Source: Owenia fusiformis
Taxonomy: Eukaryota
NCBI GenBank assembly: GCA_903813345.2
Contig: CAIIXF020000001.1
Coordinates: 22,134,001-22,198,000 of the forward strand
Direction of reading: 5' to 3'
DNA: 64,000 nucleotides
This document shows, in pieces, positions 40,243 to 55,400 of this stretch (the stretch's first letter is position 1; every line of letters starts with the position of its first letter). The notes under the pieces were generated by a model. That model worked only from the letters and a program-made list of their open reading frames with translations. It had not been told where the DNA came from and ran no database searches. A program made the translations under genes and the position numbers.

Positions 40243-40745
40243 TGTGGTACTATTGACAAAGTGGCACAAATTGTAGTACCATTGACAAGTTGTGGTACTG
40301 CACCAATGGCAGTATTATCATATTGTGGTACTATTGACAAAGTGGCACAAATTGTAGTACTAGTAGCATTGACAAGTTGTGGTACTGCACCAATGACAGT
40401 ATTATCATATTGTGGTACTATTGACAAAGTGGCACAAATTGTAGAACCATTGACAATTTGTGGTACTGCACCAATGACAGTATTATCATATTGTGGTACT
40501 ATTGACACAGTGGCACAAATTGTAGAACCATTGACAATTTGTGGTACTGCACCAATGACAGTATTATCATATTGTGGTACTATTGACACAGTGGCACAAA
40601 TTGTAGTACCATTGACAAGCTGTGGGACTGCAGTGATAACAGTATTATCATACTTCAACACGAGTCACTATTTACATTGTAGTACTATTGACATGTGTGG
40701 CACTAATGCCAAATTATACAGGTACTATTGACAATTTGTGGTATA
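40243..40745. repeat. 81-bp tandem repeat x~5 with ~20-bp subrepeats
   Basis: Units begin at 40243, 40324, 40411, 40492 and 40573 (TGTGGTACTATTGACAAAGTGGCACAAATTG...). Confidence 0.9.
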
Positions 40746-43418
40746 TCAACATGCTATGCACCTAGAATTAAATCTGAAGGTAAACAATAACATCTTTTCT
40801 AACAAATGATGATGGCACATACAAATAAATGCATAACATGGTCATATACTTGTGCACACAGCATTTAACATAATATTTACAAATGTCTTCAAAGACCTCT
40901 CTGTTTGCCAATATATTCCAGTCTGTGATATCAACCTCCCTAATATACAGGATGGGCCAAGAGTAGGTTTACAGTTATCCAACAATCTATAATCTGTTAC
41001 TGTAAAAATACTTTAAGGCCACCCAGTATGCAGAGAATCATTTGAATAATGTACACTGAGTCTAACAAACCTATGAAGCATTATCATGACAAATTACGTA
41101 GGTGATAATGGTTATCACTGGTGTAATTTTTCATACTTGTGAATTCAATTTTTGATTGATTCTTTTCTTTAACTACTGTGTTCAGCTTTAACATGGTCTG
41201 TGCATGTTCATTAACATTTTAAATGTGTTCAGCTTCAACAGTGTTTAATAAGAAGTTTTACTGACAAATGATATCATTCTTGCTCCTAAACTCATTGCTT
41301 CTAAATTTTTGGAAAAGCATGATAACCATGAGTGAAACCCAGTTCTGACTTTATCGCATTTGTGACAATATTCCTTTAAATATCATGCTTTTGTGCACCA
41401 CTGACAAAAAAGTGGCTGCAGTCTCAACAAAATGTCACCACTTCAAGAACTGTTGAAGCACAAAATCTGTTCACATTTAGACATGTTGCTTTGGTTATTA
41501 ACCAAGCTGTTGTACAAAGCAATCATATCTTATTTATACTTATATATAACAATTTACCTGAGTGAGGAGTTCTCAGTCAGATTGCATGCTACAGAACAAA
41601 AATTAAATGCCATAACTATAATTTACAAATGGCTTTCTGATAACTTAAATAATGATAAATAAGTAGATGAACATGTCAAGTTCTTTCACTTGGTAAAATA
41701 TAATGTACTCGTATCTGATCATGAAAAAGATGAAATTAAACTTCAAGTAGTGTATGTAAGATGTGGGGGATTCCTTGGGACGTGAGTGAGGGTTGGTAAT
41801 ACCACCCCCACCCCATCCTGGGTACAGGAATGAATGGATACAGTTTATATGCGGTATAAAATTAATTTCCTTCTTAGACAATTTCCAACCTAATTTCACC
41901 TATTTCATTTTGAGGTATCTAGAGGAAAAATCTTACAAAACAATAATTCCAGTTGAGCACGACAGTTTACAACATACTGCATCTACAGTACAACATAGCT
42001 TTATTACACACTGATCAAATATATATGTATGATTGTATATTTGTTTTTACACTTGATGGGATTTCATTTCCTTTATACAAGTGAATTCAATAAGCTCATT
42101 TATAGCATATACTAGGGGTTCCTTGATACAAAATTTACTATCAGTAATATCAAGTAATTATGGGACCCCTAGTACATACACTCATACATACATAAATATA
42201 CACACCACATAGAGAATTATGACCCAGATTACACCTGTCCTGCAGTTCCTACTATGTTAAAAGTATTTTCTCAATTCATCACTCAATGATATGACATACA
42301 CATGAGTGAACCCCTTGTACAATATACATGTACAGTATAATGTAATGAATAAGTACCTATATTGACTAATGAGAAATTGCAACCATAAATGGTGCAAAGA
42401 ATACATTATTCAAACATAATTCAGGTGTTCATGAATGTGGGTCTCACTGTACATATAAAATAGATTGGTGTTCATGATTGCAGGTTTTACTGTAAGCATA
42501 ATTAATTGGTGTTTGTGATTACAGTAAGCATAAAATGAGGCTGAGTTGATGTGTGACGGAGTACGCCTACAGATTCTATACTGTACATATCTACATACTC
42601 TATCTACAGTTTTACTGCACACTTCAATGATTACAAATGTTACTAACACAAACATAATTTGGCCTTTGGATATTTAGGTTTTAATATGTGTTAAAATGTA
42701 AATGCTCACTGAAGAGCAAAGTGTATTTTTGGGGGAGAATTGAGGGATAGGTATAGACAGCAATACTGATTTCGGCAGGTGTTGTCATAGTAATAGCTTT
42801 ATAGTTCAGTGTTAACCAATGAAAATATACATGGTTTTGCCTTTGATCAACTGAACACATCTTGTCTGGTAGGTGGAAGTCAACACTGGACATCAACATT
42901 TTTTGGTAAGATTTACTGTACTATGTTAAGACTCCATCTCAATTGATTGTTTTATGTTATAACTGGTCCATTATTCTGACAAGAATTTGTCTGTTATTCT
43001 GCCCAGCTATTCCCTAATCATCAGCATAAGAATTGGGTATTTAGTATTTACAATTCCACTTAAGGTGATTGATGTTTCCCAGTATTCTTTAGTGAAAAAC
43101 AGCGTAAACTCTGCAAATCCATTTCTGGTGCCTGCGTTCACTGCCCGTAAGTTGAACTGCATTAATGACACAGATGAACTCTATGTCCGTGTCTGATAAA
43201 CATGAAAGACAGTTATGATAGATCAAGAACAAGTAAAGCATTTGCCACTCTCTCTCTTTCTCCAACACTGTGCAAACTGCAAGTCACCCAATCCACAGAA
43301 AGATGTCACTAGTGATGCACATATGTAATCGACAGTGTAAATCACAATTACTCAACACACAGGAACATTGTGTAAATTCAATTCAAGCCAAACACATTGA
43401 ATTAATGTTTTTCCTGTA

Positions 43419-46400
43419 TCAGGATTTTCTTAGTCTGTGTGGTTTTCCTTTTTCCACGCTCATTTCGAGTTTTTCAATTTTGGCAGATATATCATGTAAA
43501 GTCCTATCAAACTCGTCCATTTGGACAATGTCACTGAAGTTTGATGTATTGCTTAATGTACGCCTGAAAAGACAAAGGAGATATTTATAGTTTTTCTTTT
43601 GTTATCATTAGACATTCATATAACAATCATCATTATGTCAACAACAAAAACATGCAATCAAATTTCTAAACTGTCATTTGGAGAGTCTACAGAAAGTTTT
43701 CAAACATTTAACCTTATATGTTAAAATGCAGTGAAGATATTTTAAGAGGATCTTATCAAGAATATTATTCAGTATTAAAATTAACATTAATACCGATCTA
43801 CACTTAAAATTGAGGTGATATCATCCTTTTGAGGTCTCACAGTAAACACGACTATTGAGCAAATGTAAATAAAAAGTTAGTAAAACAAGCTGCTATAAAA
43901 TTTGAATCATTCATACTTAAGTCAGAATAAACAATGCCAAAGTAAACATTAAGCATAAAAAATGTGTTTGAAGAGGCTGACCTTCTAGTGAACGGCATTG
44001 ACTTTGAATGGTTTCAAGCTCAAGTACTTGTATGTGGATAAGGGTTGTGCTGTTCTTTAACTCTTAAATATTGAGGTATTTTCAAAGTTTTTCAGATTTT
44101 GTCTCTTTACATTATAAATTTTACAGCATAAAGTTTTTAATTTGATTAACAATGAAAGTTAAAACTGATAATATCACCAGTTAAAAGTCTCATTTTGACA
44201 CAACAGTTTTATGAAATTTGATCAGATTTAGCTGTCGTTAACAAGTGTAATTCAAACGACAAAAACATTTTTAGCAAAATCATTTCAGAATAAAAAACTA
44301 TTTCTGGCATATTTTAATTTTATTTCCTCACATGTCCTTTTAGATTAATAAAATAGTAATGCTATGCAAAACCTTTATTGGTACAGTAAAAGCTTTCTAA
44401 TTGGGGCATACTAAAAGCATTCAGATAAGGAGGTGTTCACATATCAAGTTTTTTGCATTTGTGAGAATCTGGATTTTGTATGAAACATGTGATATGTTTG
44501 TGAAAAGTGTTCCATTAGACAGATTTTATTACTGTTCACAGTTCATATTGGGAAGTGTTCACATTGAGTTTTTTGAACATGAGAGTTAATGGGAAGAAAA
44601 AAGGGACCAAAACTGTGTTCAGATTGGGAGGTGTTCGGATAAGACAGGTGTTCGGATATACAGGTCTTACTGTATTTATCAATAGTTATTCTTTATAGTA
44701 TTGCCCATTTACTCATTTTCATTCAAACTTCTAATAGCATATAGTAATGCGTAAAAGATGGCAGCACTGTTCTTAGTAATTCCCTCATCCTTTTCTATGA
44801 AATAAACAAGGAAGTAAGCTTGAATGAAAAATCCCAGCAAGTAAACAGAAACTAAATTATAGCATATGTCTAGATATTGTGTTTGGAGAGTGTAGTTTGT
44901 GCAATAGCATGAAGGCAATTGAAGACCACTGATTCCTATGACAGATTTCAATGAATATTATGGTTTCACTCACCAATGAAGCTAGAAAAATCTATTTTTG
45001 AGATTATTTCTGAAAAATATTGTACAAATTAATAAAAAAAATATTGTGGTAATTTTACTATATTTCAGCATTTTCCACTCCAACACAAATGATTTACAGA
45101 AAGTTCTGTTTCATATCCTTGCCAAGAATGAAGTAGCAATAAATGTTGTTGAGCTAATGAAAGAAGAGTTAAACGAGCTAACCTGAAGTGCCTCGAGGAA
45201 CTAGAGGACACTGTTCTATGGCCTCCCAAGCCATGTCTGTCTAAAAAAGCTTTGAACTGCATTTCATCAGCAGCTGGCACAAATGGTTCCAGATCTGAAA
45301 GTTGGCACAAGTTGGAATAAATATTTTTTAGTGACAACCATGAACTGCCAATGGCAAAAGTATATTCACTTTCCAAATCAAAATCGTTAGTCTATATTGA
45401 TTATGCAACTTTTAAATTGTATGGTTATGCATAGAATCATGTTTTATTTGTCCCTTTATTCGCTTTTACCATCACAAAATGTCCCGCTAGCAAAGGAGTA
45501 ACAACTTAATTGACATAAAACAAACCTGCTAAAAGTTTTTTTCTGGATTCACCAAATATGGACATCATGGTTTCACAGAACATCTGAACAGGCATTCGAG
45601 CGCCTTGTTTCAAATAGCTCCCAAGCGTCTCAGCTATATTTTTTATTTCTGTATTGGTAAAATTTAAAGTTAGCTGAAAACAGATAAATAGTCTTTTGTT
45701 AAATTGATGCATTCCAATTTACAATTTTTACAGTTTCATATTCTGACTACAAAACCAATTTCGCAATTTTCTGGAATAACTGGATCATTTAACTCATATG
45801 TTTATATCTTAAGTGTTGCGTATGCAAGATATTTTTTATGAAACACTTAGGTATCCATGATACTCATGTAAATGTTTCTGTGATAAGAATAAAGGTGGCG
45901 CTTACTGAGTTTGTGTATTCAATAACATTTTCTTGCTGTAACCGATCACTATCAGTTACGTGGCTGCTTTCACTCTCGCTCCTCATGCGCTCTGGTGTCG
46001 CCATCTGGTGAGATATTGTAGAGGTATCACCAAAATGAGATTGGGAAATACTGAAAAGAAAACAATACAATAGCTGAATAAGAAATAAATGGCAAACTCA
46101 ATGAGAAATAAAAATGGACAGTGTCTAAAAAATAACAAAACTGAATTTCTACAATCATAACTGAGAAAAGACTTTATTGCTACACTGTCAGAGCATTCAT
46201 TATCGCACCAGAATTTCATTTTATAAAAATAATAATCCAATAAATATAACAAAAGCTATATATCTGGGGGCTTCGCCATATAAATATTGACATAATTTCA
46301 ACTTACAATCCAGCTCCTGCAGCTCTAGTAGTTGACACTGGATCTAAAAGTAAACAAAAAACTCACTTAGAATACAATATAATATTTATGTGTTTTGAAG

Positions 46401-49400
46401 TGATATGACAAATGACAAAGCTAAGTTCAATATGTAAGGACTGAAAGGGGTTGATGATCTGATGATTATTGCAATGGAATTGATGTGATCATTGAAAGTA
46501 CAGCGGATTTGAATTAATTCCCTATTTCATTGGTACAGTAGTAGACTGCCAAAAAATAAAAATCTGAATATCAAATTAGCCCAGTAGCTATGTGAAGAAA
46601 ACTACACCGATTGATTAATTTCTGAAGACAACTTCAATACAAGTACAAAACAAATCAAATATAAGAACTGTCTTACCACTGGTTCTATAGGAAGAAAATG
46701 ATGAGTTTTCATGAGGATCGATGGCATTATCAAGGTCCTCTAGGACATCCCTGGTCCGACTCTCCTCATATACTATATCACAAACAGTTCTACATAAAGC
46801 ACAGATCTCTTCTGCTGTGCGCCTGGAGTCGCAATAAAAGAACGCAAACTTTCCCCAGGCTTGACTACTGTCCCTCCCAATATCATCTGCAATAGAAATG
46901 AAGCATGGATTTATTTTTCCTAAAATAAGCAAGGATCAAAACAAAAAATCTTTAGTTCAAATATGCCCAGATATTCCCTTATCAAGCAATTGAGTGGATA
47001 TGTTCAGTGCTTGAAATAACACAAATAACCAGTTCATAAATGATTTTATAAATAAGTAACATTATCATATGGTATAATAATATGAGTCCCATTTAGTTTT
47101 TTAACAAATTTTAGTCTGAAGTATGACAGATATGTTTGATGCTCAGGGTAATAAAAGGGACCTGTTCAATATTTCCATATTTTCCCAAATCTGATTAATT
47201 TTTACCTTAGATTACCCCTCCCCATGTTTAATTGATTTTTAATCAAGTCGCAATTTCTTTCCCCTTCGTGTAATGATAACAAATCAAAGGGACTTTAGCT
47301 CCTTTTTCAAAATGTAATTAATTACACTGATATTGATAAACACTGTCCCTGACATTCAATATAAAATGATATTTATTGGTCCAATGTACATTTATCAAGG
47401 TATTTGGTCAGTTTTATTGTCAGTGTTATCTTATCAAGAGATGTGGTCTTGAGTTGTAATACAATCTATTTACAACCATTGATTAGCAAACAATTGATAT
47501 GAGTCCCAAGAATCAATGAAAAAAGGGTCAAGAACAATTATTAAGGGATGATGTCCAATTATCAACAGCTGTGGAATAAAAAGTTAGTTTCATTGGGTGG
47601 GGGGGGGGTGGTTAATGGGAAAATGATGGTTTTGTTAGCGAATAATTTTTGTTTTTTCAGTATTCAAGTGAAATACAATCAACATTTTAAAATTTCGTTT
47701 GATAAGGGGAGGTGGGGTCAAACCACACTGAAGTTAACTTGGTTTTTCCACGACTGATGATAATTTGAAACCATCCCCTAGGCTTCAAATAAAACCAACA
47801 TCAACATGTTCTAGTGGTTTTAACAGTGAGACTGTCACTATGTCACTATATGTTGAACTTTTAAACACAACAGAGAATTGCATAAATACATGTAGATGTG
47901 GTCAGTGACAATATTATGGTTGCTAAGATTGTGAATGATCCTATGAAAAGTCCAAACAATATCCACATATAGATTTCAATACTGATTGTTAGCAAATATT
48001 GCAAATGGTCTCTTCTAACGTGAGTCAATTGTAATGCTGAATACAGACTTTGTTTGAATAGGGTGCTGAATACAGACTTTGTTTGAATAGGGTCTCGTGC
48101 TTTATTCCATTATTCCCTATCCTAATCTCTGATAGTAACCCTGATCATATTTACATGGAATTATAGAAATATTTTATTTTCATGGTAGCCTTAAAAACGA
48201 CAACCAAGATGAATACACAATATACGCTCTGCGTCAAATTGTAATAATATGTTTTGTAAATAATTTGAAAGGAACAATAAATAAATATAGTGCTTCTACA
48301 CAGAGTATTTCAAGATTTAAGTAGCTAAAAGTAAATTTTATATATTATACCTCGACATTTGTTATTTTGCAAAAATAATGGATACTCACCAGGGTTACCA
48401 TAGAGCATCCCCATTATATCTGTGTCATCATCCCTTATATAGCACATTGAAGAAATTTCAGTAATTGGTAATCTTAGCTTTAGAACCTCCTGAAAAATAA
48501 TACATGTTTATATATTGCAAGTTTTTTTTATACACAAAGTTCAGTTCAACCAGAATCATATGAAATGACTACTACAATTTCAATAGTATTCTTAAAACTG
48601 TTAATATTATGAGTACACAAAACACAAATAGCATGTAAAACAGGAATGAGAATGAAAAAGCACAAGGGGTAAAATTCAACATACAAACAACACTGCAAAC
48701 TCTTGGACATAACACTGATAACCCCAAAAATATCTAAAAACATTTATACAGCTTACCAAAACTGCTGACATTTATACTATTTACCAAAACCTCTCAGGTA
48801 TTAACACGTCTTACCAAAACCTCTCAGACATTAACACAGCTTACCAAAACCTCCCAGACACTGGTAAGCAAAACCCCTCAGATATTTACACAATCAAAAC
48901 CTCTCAAACAATTATACTTCTAACTTGTCCTTTCTGGAGAAATCGAGCCTACAGTGTTACCTCCCTCAAATGGAGAACTAGATATTTTCACAAAAATTAT
49001 TTAAATATTTTAAAATGACCAACATACCTCATCTCTGGAAGTAATTTTTACATCTCTGGAGCAAATAGTAAATATGGCATCATGTTGATAGCTAGTGGTC
49101 CACGGGAGCCTGCCCTCTGACTACAATGTTCAAAGTAATGAGTAAATATGGCATCATTTTGATAGTTAGTGGTCCAAGGGAACCTGCTCTTACTACAATG
49201 TTCAAAGTAATGAGTAAATATGGCATCATGTTGATAGCTAGTGGTCCACGGGAGCCTGCCCTCTGACTACAATGTTCAAAGTAATGAGTAAATATGGCAT
49301 CATTTTGATAGTTAGTGGTCCAAGGGAACCTGCTCTTACTACAATGTTCAAAGTAATGAGTAAATATGGCATCATGTTGATAGCTAGTGGTCCACGGGAG

Positions 49401-52400
49401 CCTGCCCTCTGACTACAATGTTCAAAAAGTAATGAGTAAATATGGCATCATTTTGATATTTAGTGGTCCAAGGGAACCTGCCCTTACTACAATGTTCAAA
49501 GTAATGAGTAAATATGGCATCATGTTGATAGCTAGTGGTCCATGGGAGCCTGCCTTCTTACTACAATGTTCAAAAAGTAATGAGTAAATATGGCATCATG
49601 TTGATAGTTAGTGGTCCAAGGGAACCTGCCCTTACTACAATGTTCAAAGAGTATTGAGTAAATATGGAATCATGTTGATAGCTACATGTAGTGGTCCATG
49701 GGAGCCTGCCTTCTTACTACAATGTTCAAAAAGTAACGAGTAAATATGGCATCATGTTGATAGCTAGTGGTCAATGGGAGCCTGCCTTCTTACTACAATG
49801 TTCAAAGAGTGTCCATCTTTACCTCTTGCAAATTGCTCTTAATGTAAACTGGACCTTAGTATTACAAATAATTTATAAAAGAAATCTATATTACTTTAAG
49901 AGGTTTTCTTACCTTAGCTTTATCTATAATTCTGAGTATATCTGTTCTGTTAGTTGTGTCCAATGTGATAGGGATGTGGCCTACAATACCAGCAAACTGG
50001 AAAGAAAAACAAGAAATGTTTTTTATAATTGTCACTGTTATATCCCTTAACCCATTACCACCCAACTACGGATATATCCGTAGTTTTGACGTCACATGCT
50101 TACCACCCAACTACGGATATATCCGTAGTCGCTGAATATTTCATCAAAATTTGGGAAAAATCCTAATATCCGGGCCGAATGTGGCTCATTTGAAATGAAA
50201 TTTCGTCAAACGATAGGCATAATATCCTTTGAAATAAATGAATAAGAAATATCAATTTCCTGATTATATAATTACTTTCCGATGCGATATTTGACGGTCT
50301 GTCAACTTTTTGAAACTTTTTAGAAACTTCAAAACAAATGTATGGCGCGTCATGACAAAGTGGGCGTGCCGGAAATAAATTAGTCAGAATTCTTTTCCAA
50401 ATAGCTTCAATACTATTGGAGATTGTTTCTTCATAATAACAGCATATACTTATCACAAGTCTACCTTGACATATAAAAGCTAAACTCATCGATAGTATGC
50501 AAAACGTACAACTTTGACCTAATTTGTTTCGGAGTTTAAATTTCGCGCCAAAATAAAAAACACGAAACAAAAATTTTGATAATTATAAATTCCTTTTCTG
50601 AATGTCAGTTCAAGATATTCGCTACCAACGTTTACCTTATGTTATTCATTAAATATTTATCATGCTGCATTTTGTGAAGATACTGCGTACACCTATATTT
50701 ATGCTGTTGAACGGGAATCATTTTGGACTGTGTTTGTGTTGATTTCCGGTTTGAAATTTTGGAAGACGAAATATTTTCACTTTAGGATATTTTTACAATT
50801 ATGTGCAATAGAGCCAGATCAAGTGTGATAAAATCAATGAATTTACATTATCTAGTCAAAACAGTCAATTTTCCTCCTCAATAAATGACAGTCAATTAAC
50901 TTGTTCATCTGAAGACGATGAAGAGTGGGAAGATTTTGATGATTGGTGAAGAATATCCATTTACAGGAGGTCCATCTTGACCAAAGAACATTACAAATGG
51001 AGAACTTTACAACCCGTGGAACTTTACAAACTATTTTTTTTACTGACTCATTGTTGACTTATATTGTACTTTGTACAAACTTGCATGGACAACAGCTGGT
51101 AACCTCTGGATCGTGACACATTGTCAGCCTTCATTGGTATACTATTTGCCATGGATGTATTAGAAAAGAAAGGCAGCATCTCCGATAATTGGGAAGAAAA
51201 TAGATTGGTTTCCACTCCAGGTATATCTGAGGTTATGTCGAAAAACCTCTTTATGGGCATATATGGACAAATTCATTTCTCCCACCCCAATGCTGTTGAT
51301 GATAGTAATGACAAATTTTACAAGGTGCGCACGTGGTCTTACAGTCTATGTCCTGACATGGAAAGACGAGCTTAATATATCTATACTGACATCAAAGATT
51401 ACTAAGCGATGTAACATGGTGCCATCATTCACAAGGTAGGCAATATAAAAAATAACTGCACATAAGCCCTGCACTGAATAAATGTATACTACAGCACATA
51501 TTTCATTTCTGGTTTGATATAAGCATCCTAAATTTGAATTAAATTAAATTTGATTACAGTATGCTACCATTCATCTTAGTTAAAGAGAGGATCAGATCTA
51601 GCAAGCAGCCTAACAAAAAATTATTTCAATTTTAGAATATTTCTGGTTTATGTCCTTCCGTTTCACATCTATTTTCTAAAAATCCCCGAAGTGTGCATTA
51701 CACTTGTTCGCAGGAAAACTAAAGATTTTTACAATCATGTATTATGTTTCTATAAGAATGGTTATCATTTTTATTATTTAGGAGAATTTAATCATTTTTC
51801 ACACATTTTTGCACTTTGAATCCATTATAACTTCACCAATTTATAACATATTGTGAATCATTTGGAAGATATTGTATTTGAGATTGTAAGGAATAGATTG
51901 GTAGGTCAATTGTACATTTTGCTTGTAATTTTGTTACCCTCACATATCTGATTCTGCCTTTAAGTCTTTTTGGTGTTTATTTTTCTACTGTATACATTTT
52001 TATCCTAGGAGAAGAAGAAGGTGGGTCGAGGGAGAAGTTAGTAAACCTGAGCTTGTGCAACTCTACACCAAGTTTATGAGAGGAGTAGATGTAGCGAACC
52101 AGCGTGTTGTTACTTCAAAATAGGACATGGTATCGACAAGTGTTTTTCCATTTGATGAGGGTGTCTCTTGTAAATGCACACATCATTCATACTGAGGTAA
52201 TAAATATTAACAATATTAAAGGTAGAGCTACAGTGGCGGATCCAGGATCCCAGAATATTTTGGACTCAGCAATTGTGTATGGCCTCAAAAATGGACCTTT
52301 TTGGCATGATATGGCATTTTAGGCCTTTTTAGGCTTTTTCAAAAATGGGCCTTACATTTAAAAAATTTGGGCCCAATTTTTTGTTTTAGGGGCCCCAAAA

Positions 52401-55400
52401 TTCTTCTGCATCCCCTTGAGCTTCTGGAAATGCCACTGAGCTGAAATGTAGATAAAAAAGTAGCTGTTTTGTTATAGAGAACTTATACAACTTACACCTC
52501 ATTCAACCTAAAACCCCTACTGTACTTCTATCCTACAGTGATCTATTAGCTGAATATTGCCAGCTTTAATACATGGCTTACACAAGACTTGACTAATTCT
52601 TATTTTAATGGTGTATTGGTGATCTATTGATGATGTATTAGTGGTATATTAGATCTCTTTTTTACTAGGGCAATTCATTCCTTTCAACATGCATTATAAT
52701 AACTGATTCAATTGTATGTACTAAACATTTTGTAGAATAACAATGTTACCTCATTTAGAATGTACACCAAAGTAAAAAAAAAGTGTGACTACACCTGATT
52801 CAAAATGTCTTCACATGATTTTCTTATTTTATCAAAGCTTCACACGGTAGCCTCAATGCCACAGAGGAAATTCCACTTGGAAGTAGCCACTGGACTCATC
52901 AATGGCATGATGATGAACAATCACAAACGCGTCATTCTGAATCCTGATATTAGACATGAAAGGGAGATGGCTCATGCCCCACAGCTGCAAAGTACAGCAT
53001 CATGGTGCACTGTACACAAACAGAAGTGTGACACAAAGTATTCTTGCAGGGTGTGTAAAGTCAGGATGTGTCAAGATCCTTGATTTTTCAGGTATGTTTT
53101 TATGGTAAATGTTTTCAATTTTACTCATTGATAAAAATATATAATTTCTCTCAACATATTGTTATGAACCAATTTACCTGCAATTTGAAATGCCCCATTT
53201 GAGTACAACTTCTGCTCAAAAGTAAATTTTCAAAATATCCACCAGTTTCAAAATGGCCGCCATTTTAGTGTCAATTTTACAGTTTTTTAGGTAGAACATA
53301 TTAAAATGTAAAATTGTAAATGAAAAAAACATGATTAAAAAACAATATGTCATCACTTCTTGGTGTTGACATCATAAAAATTATATGAACATTTATTTCA
53401 TCCATCTGTCATGTTTGTTGTCACACTGTTCAATATTCATATGTATCTCAGGCTCTTTATGTTTCAGGTATCACAATATGGTCAACTATGAATATGATGA
53501 TCCATCAAAGGCAGGCAAGCCAAATAAGAGAAAGTTAAAGAGGATTTGTGAAAACTAGGCTGAAAATAAGAGACTGCACATGTACCAATAAGTCAATTTA
53601 AGTCAATGAATGAAAGAAACTTCGTCAGGTCAATTGGTAAGGCAAGAATAGTGCAATTAATTTGTCAAATTGAGTAAGCCTCCAAACTAAAATACAGTGC
53701 CTCATTCGTATGGAGAGTGAGTTAAAGGCATGGTTTGATGAAATGAAATGCAAAGGTCTGTAGAATTCTCATTTATCATACTATCTGACTATATTCCCTA
53801 CATAGCGCAATCTCTGCATTAGTCTGTAATACTGGCATGTGTATTTAGGTCATCATACATGCATCATAGCACATGCAATATGGACTGAGTTAGTCAGGAT
53901 GTGTTAGTTGAAATGTAACACTCAACATTTTACATAATAGAATACTGATTATGTAATAACATTGCATAACATTGCAAAATAGATTAAATTCCAATATGTG
54001 GTCAAAGAATGAACAGTGTATAAAGATGTTGAAACTAAGCTAAGGAGTATGATGCTGTAGACTCATTATGTTCTTTGTAATTTGTGTTTGTAATATTCAA
54101 ACACACTAAAACTATATCGTTTCAGTAATTGTTATATTAAATATAAGTGGTATGATATTACAAACATTCTAGTCCATTACTGCTATAGTTCTATTTTGTG
54201 TTTGAAATATCACACTTATCATTTTACAACTGCAAAATTGCCAAAAGTTACAATTTTAATGAGGAACGAAAAGTAATTGTGTCAGTAATGACTATAAGCT
54301 TAGTGGTATGATATTACAAACACACTAAAGTTTTGTCATGTGTTTGTAATATCATACTCATATAGTCAAATAGTCAATATCATATTCTATAGTTTATGAA
54401 TTACATGAAATAGTATTGTTGTGCATTATCAAAAGTTACAGCATTAATGAGGAATGAAAAACTATTATGTCAGTAATGACCATAAGCTAAGTAGTATGAT
54501 ATTAAGAACACGGTTAAATTTACAGTAATGACTGTAAGCTAAGTGATATGATATTACAAGCACACTAACATGAATAAAGTTTCACCCTGTGTTTGTAATA
54601 TGTAATATCATGTATACAAATATACAATCGCAAAATAATGAATAGTTAAAATATTAGTGAGGAATATAAGTTATTCAATGATTCGAGTGAAATACAGAAA
54701 ATATTCTTCCCGAGAAGGTTGTATTTCACGATGCGCTAGCAGAGTGAAATACAGACGTTCAAGGGAAGAATATTTTCTGAATTTCACAAGAAATCATTGA
54801 ATAACGTTTTTATTCCATGATTACCCATATAAAACTCGCCTAAATCAAGTCCGTTGGCTTGGGGCCGGAGAAACAGATCAACCTTCTCACCTCAGAGATA
54901 TTTTACATCGATATTCCTTCAAAATCTTTATGTCCTTGTTGTTTGCTTTTTTTCCTCTTAAAATTATTGATTGTGGTGATCACAGTATACGTTTCTGATA
55001 TTTGAATCAGATATTTATAGCAAAATTCAAAGATAAGCATGCGTTGGTGTAAGGTAATCGCCATTGATTTTTTTCAGTAACAGTCATATCCTGGATGGAA
55101 ATCTGGGGCGTTGGGATACTGGACCGTATCCCAACGCTGACGTCATTGACACAGGAAAGTGCGTGTAAATACAGAATATATTTAAGTCACGTGGACCAAT
55201 CAGATTGCAGGGAATTTCACCATCATGGAATAATGGAAGTTATTTTGTCAGTTATGGCTATAAACTAAAGTATGATATAACAAAAACACTATAATTTCAT
55301 TTTGTACTATCACAAACATTTATTTTGTGTTTGTAATATCATACTCTATGGTTTATTATTAATTAATAGTATTGTCACACATTATCAAAAGTTACAATAT

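Noticed and set aside
40173-40731. Repeat-protein ORFs on both strands (162 and 166 aa)
   Set aside because: The 81-bp unit is a multiple of 3, so open frames arise trivially. No ATG start, splice support or recognisable domain.
47754-47772. Hammerhead-like CTGATGA...GAAAC core
   Set aside because: No supporting stems I-III; it lies in a MITE terminal repeat.
49067-49810. CRISPR-like regular repeats (also 14342-14535, 4500-5410, 40243-40745)
   Set aside because: Head-to-tail units without unique spacers, no cas genes, and a eukaryotic intron-exon context.
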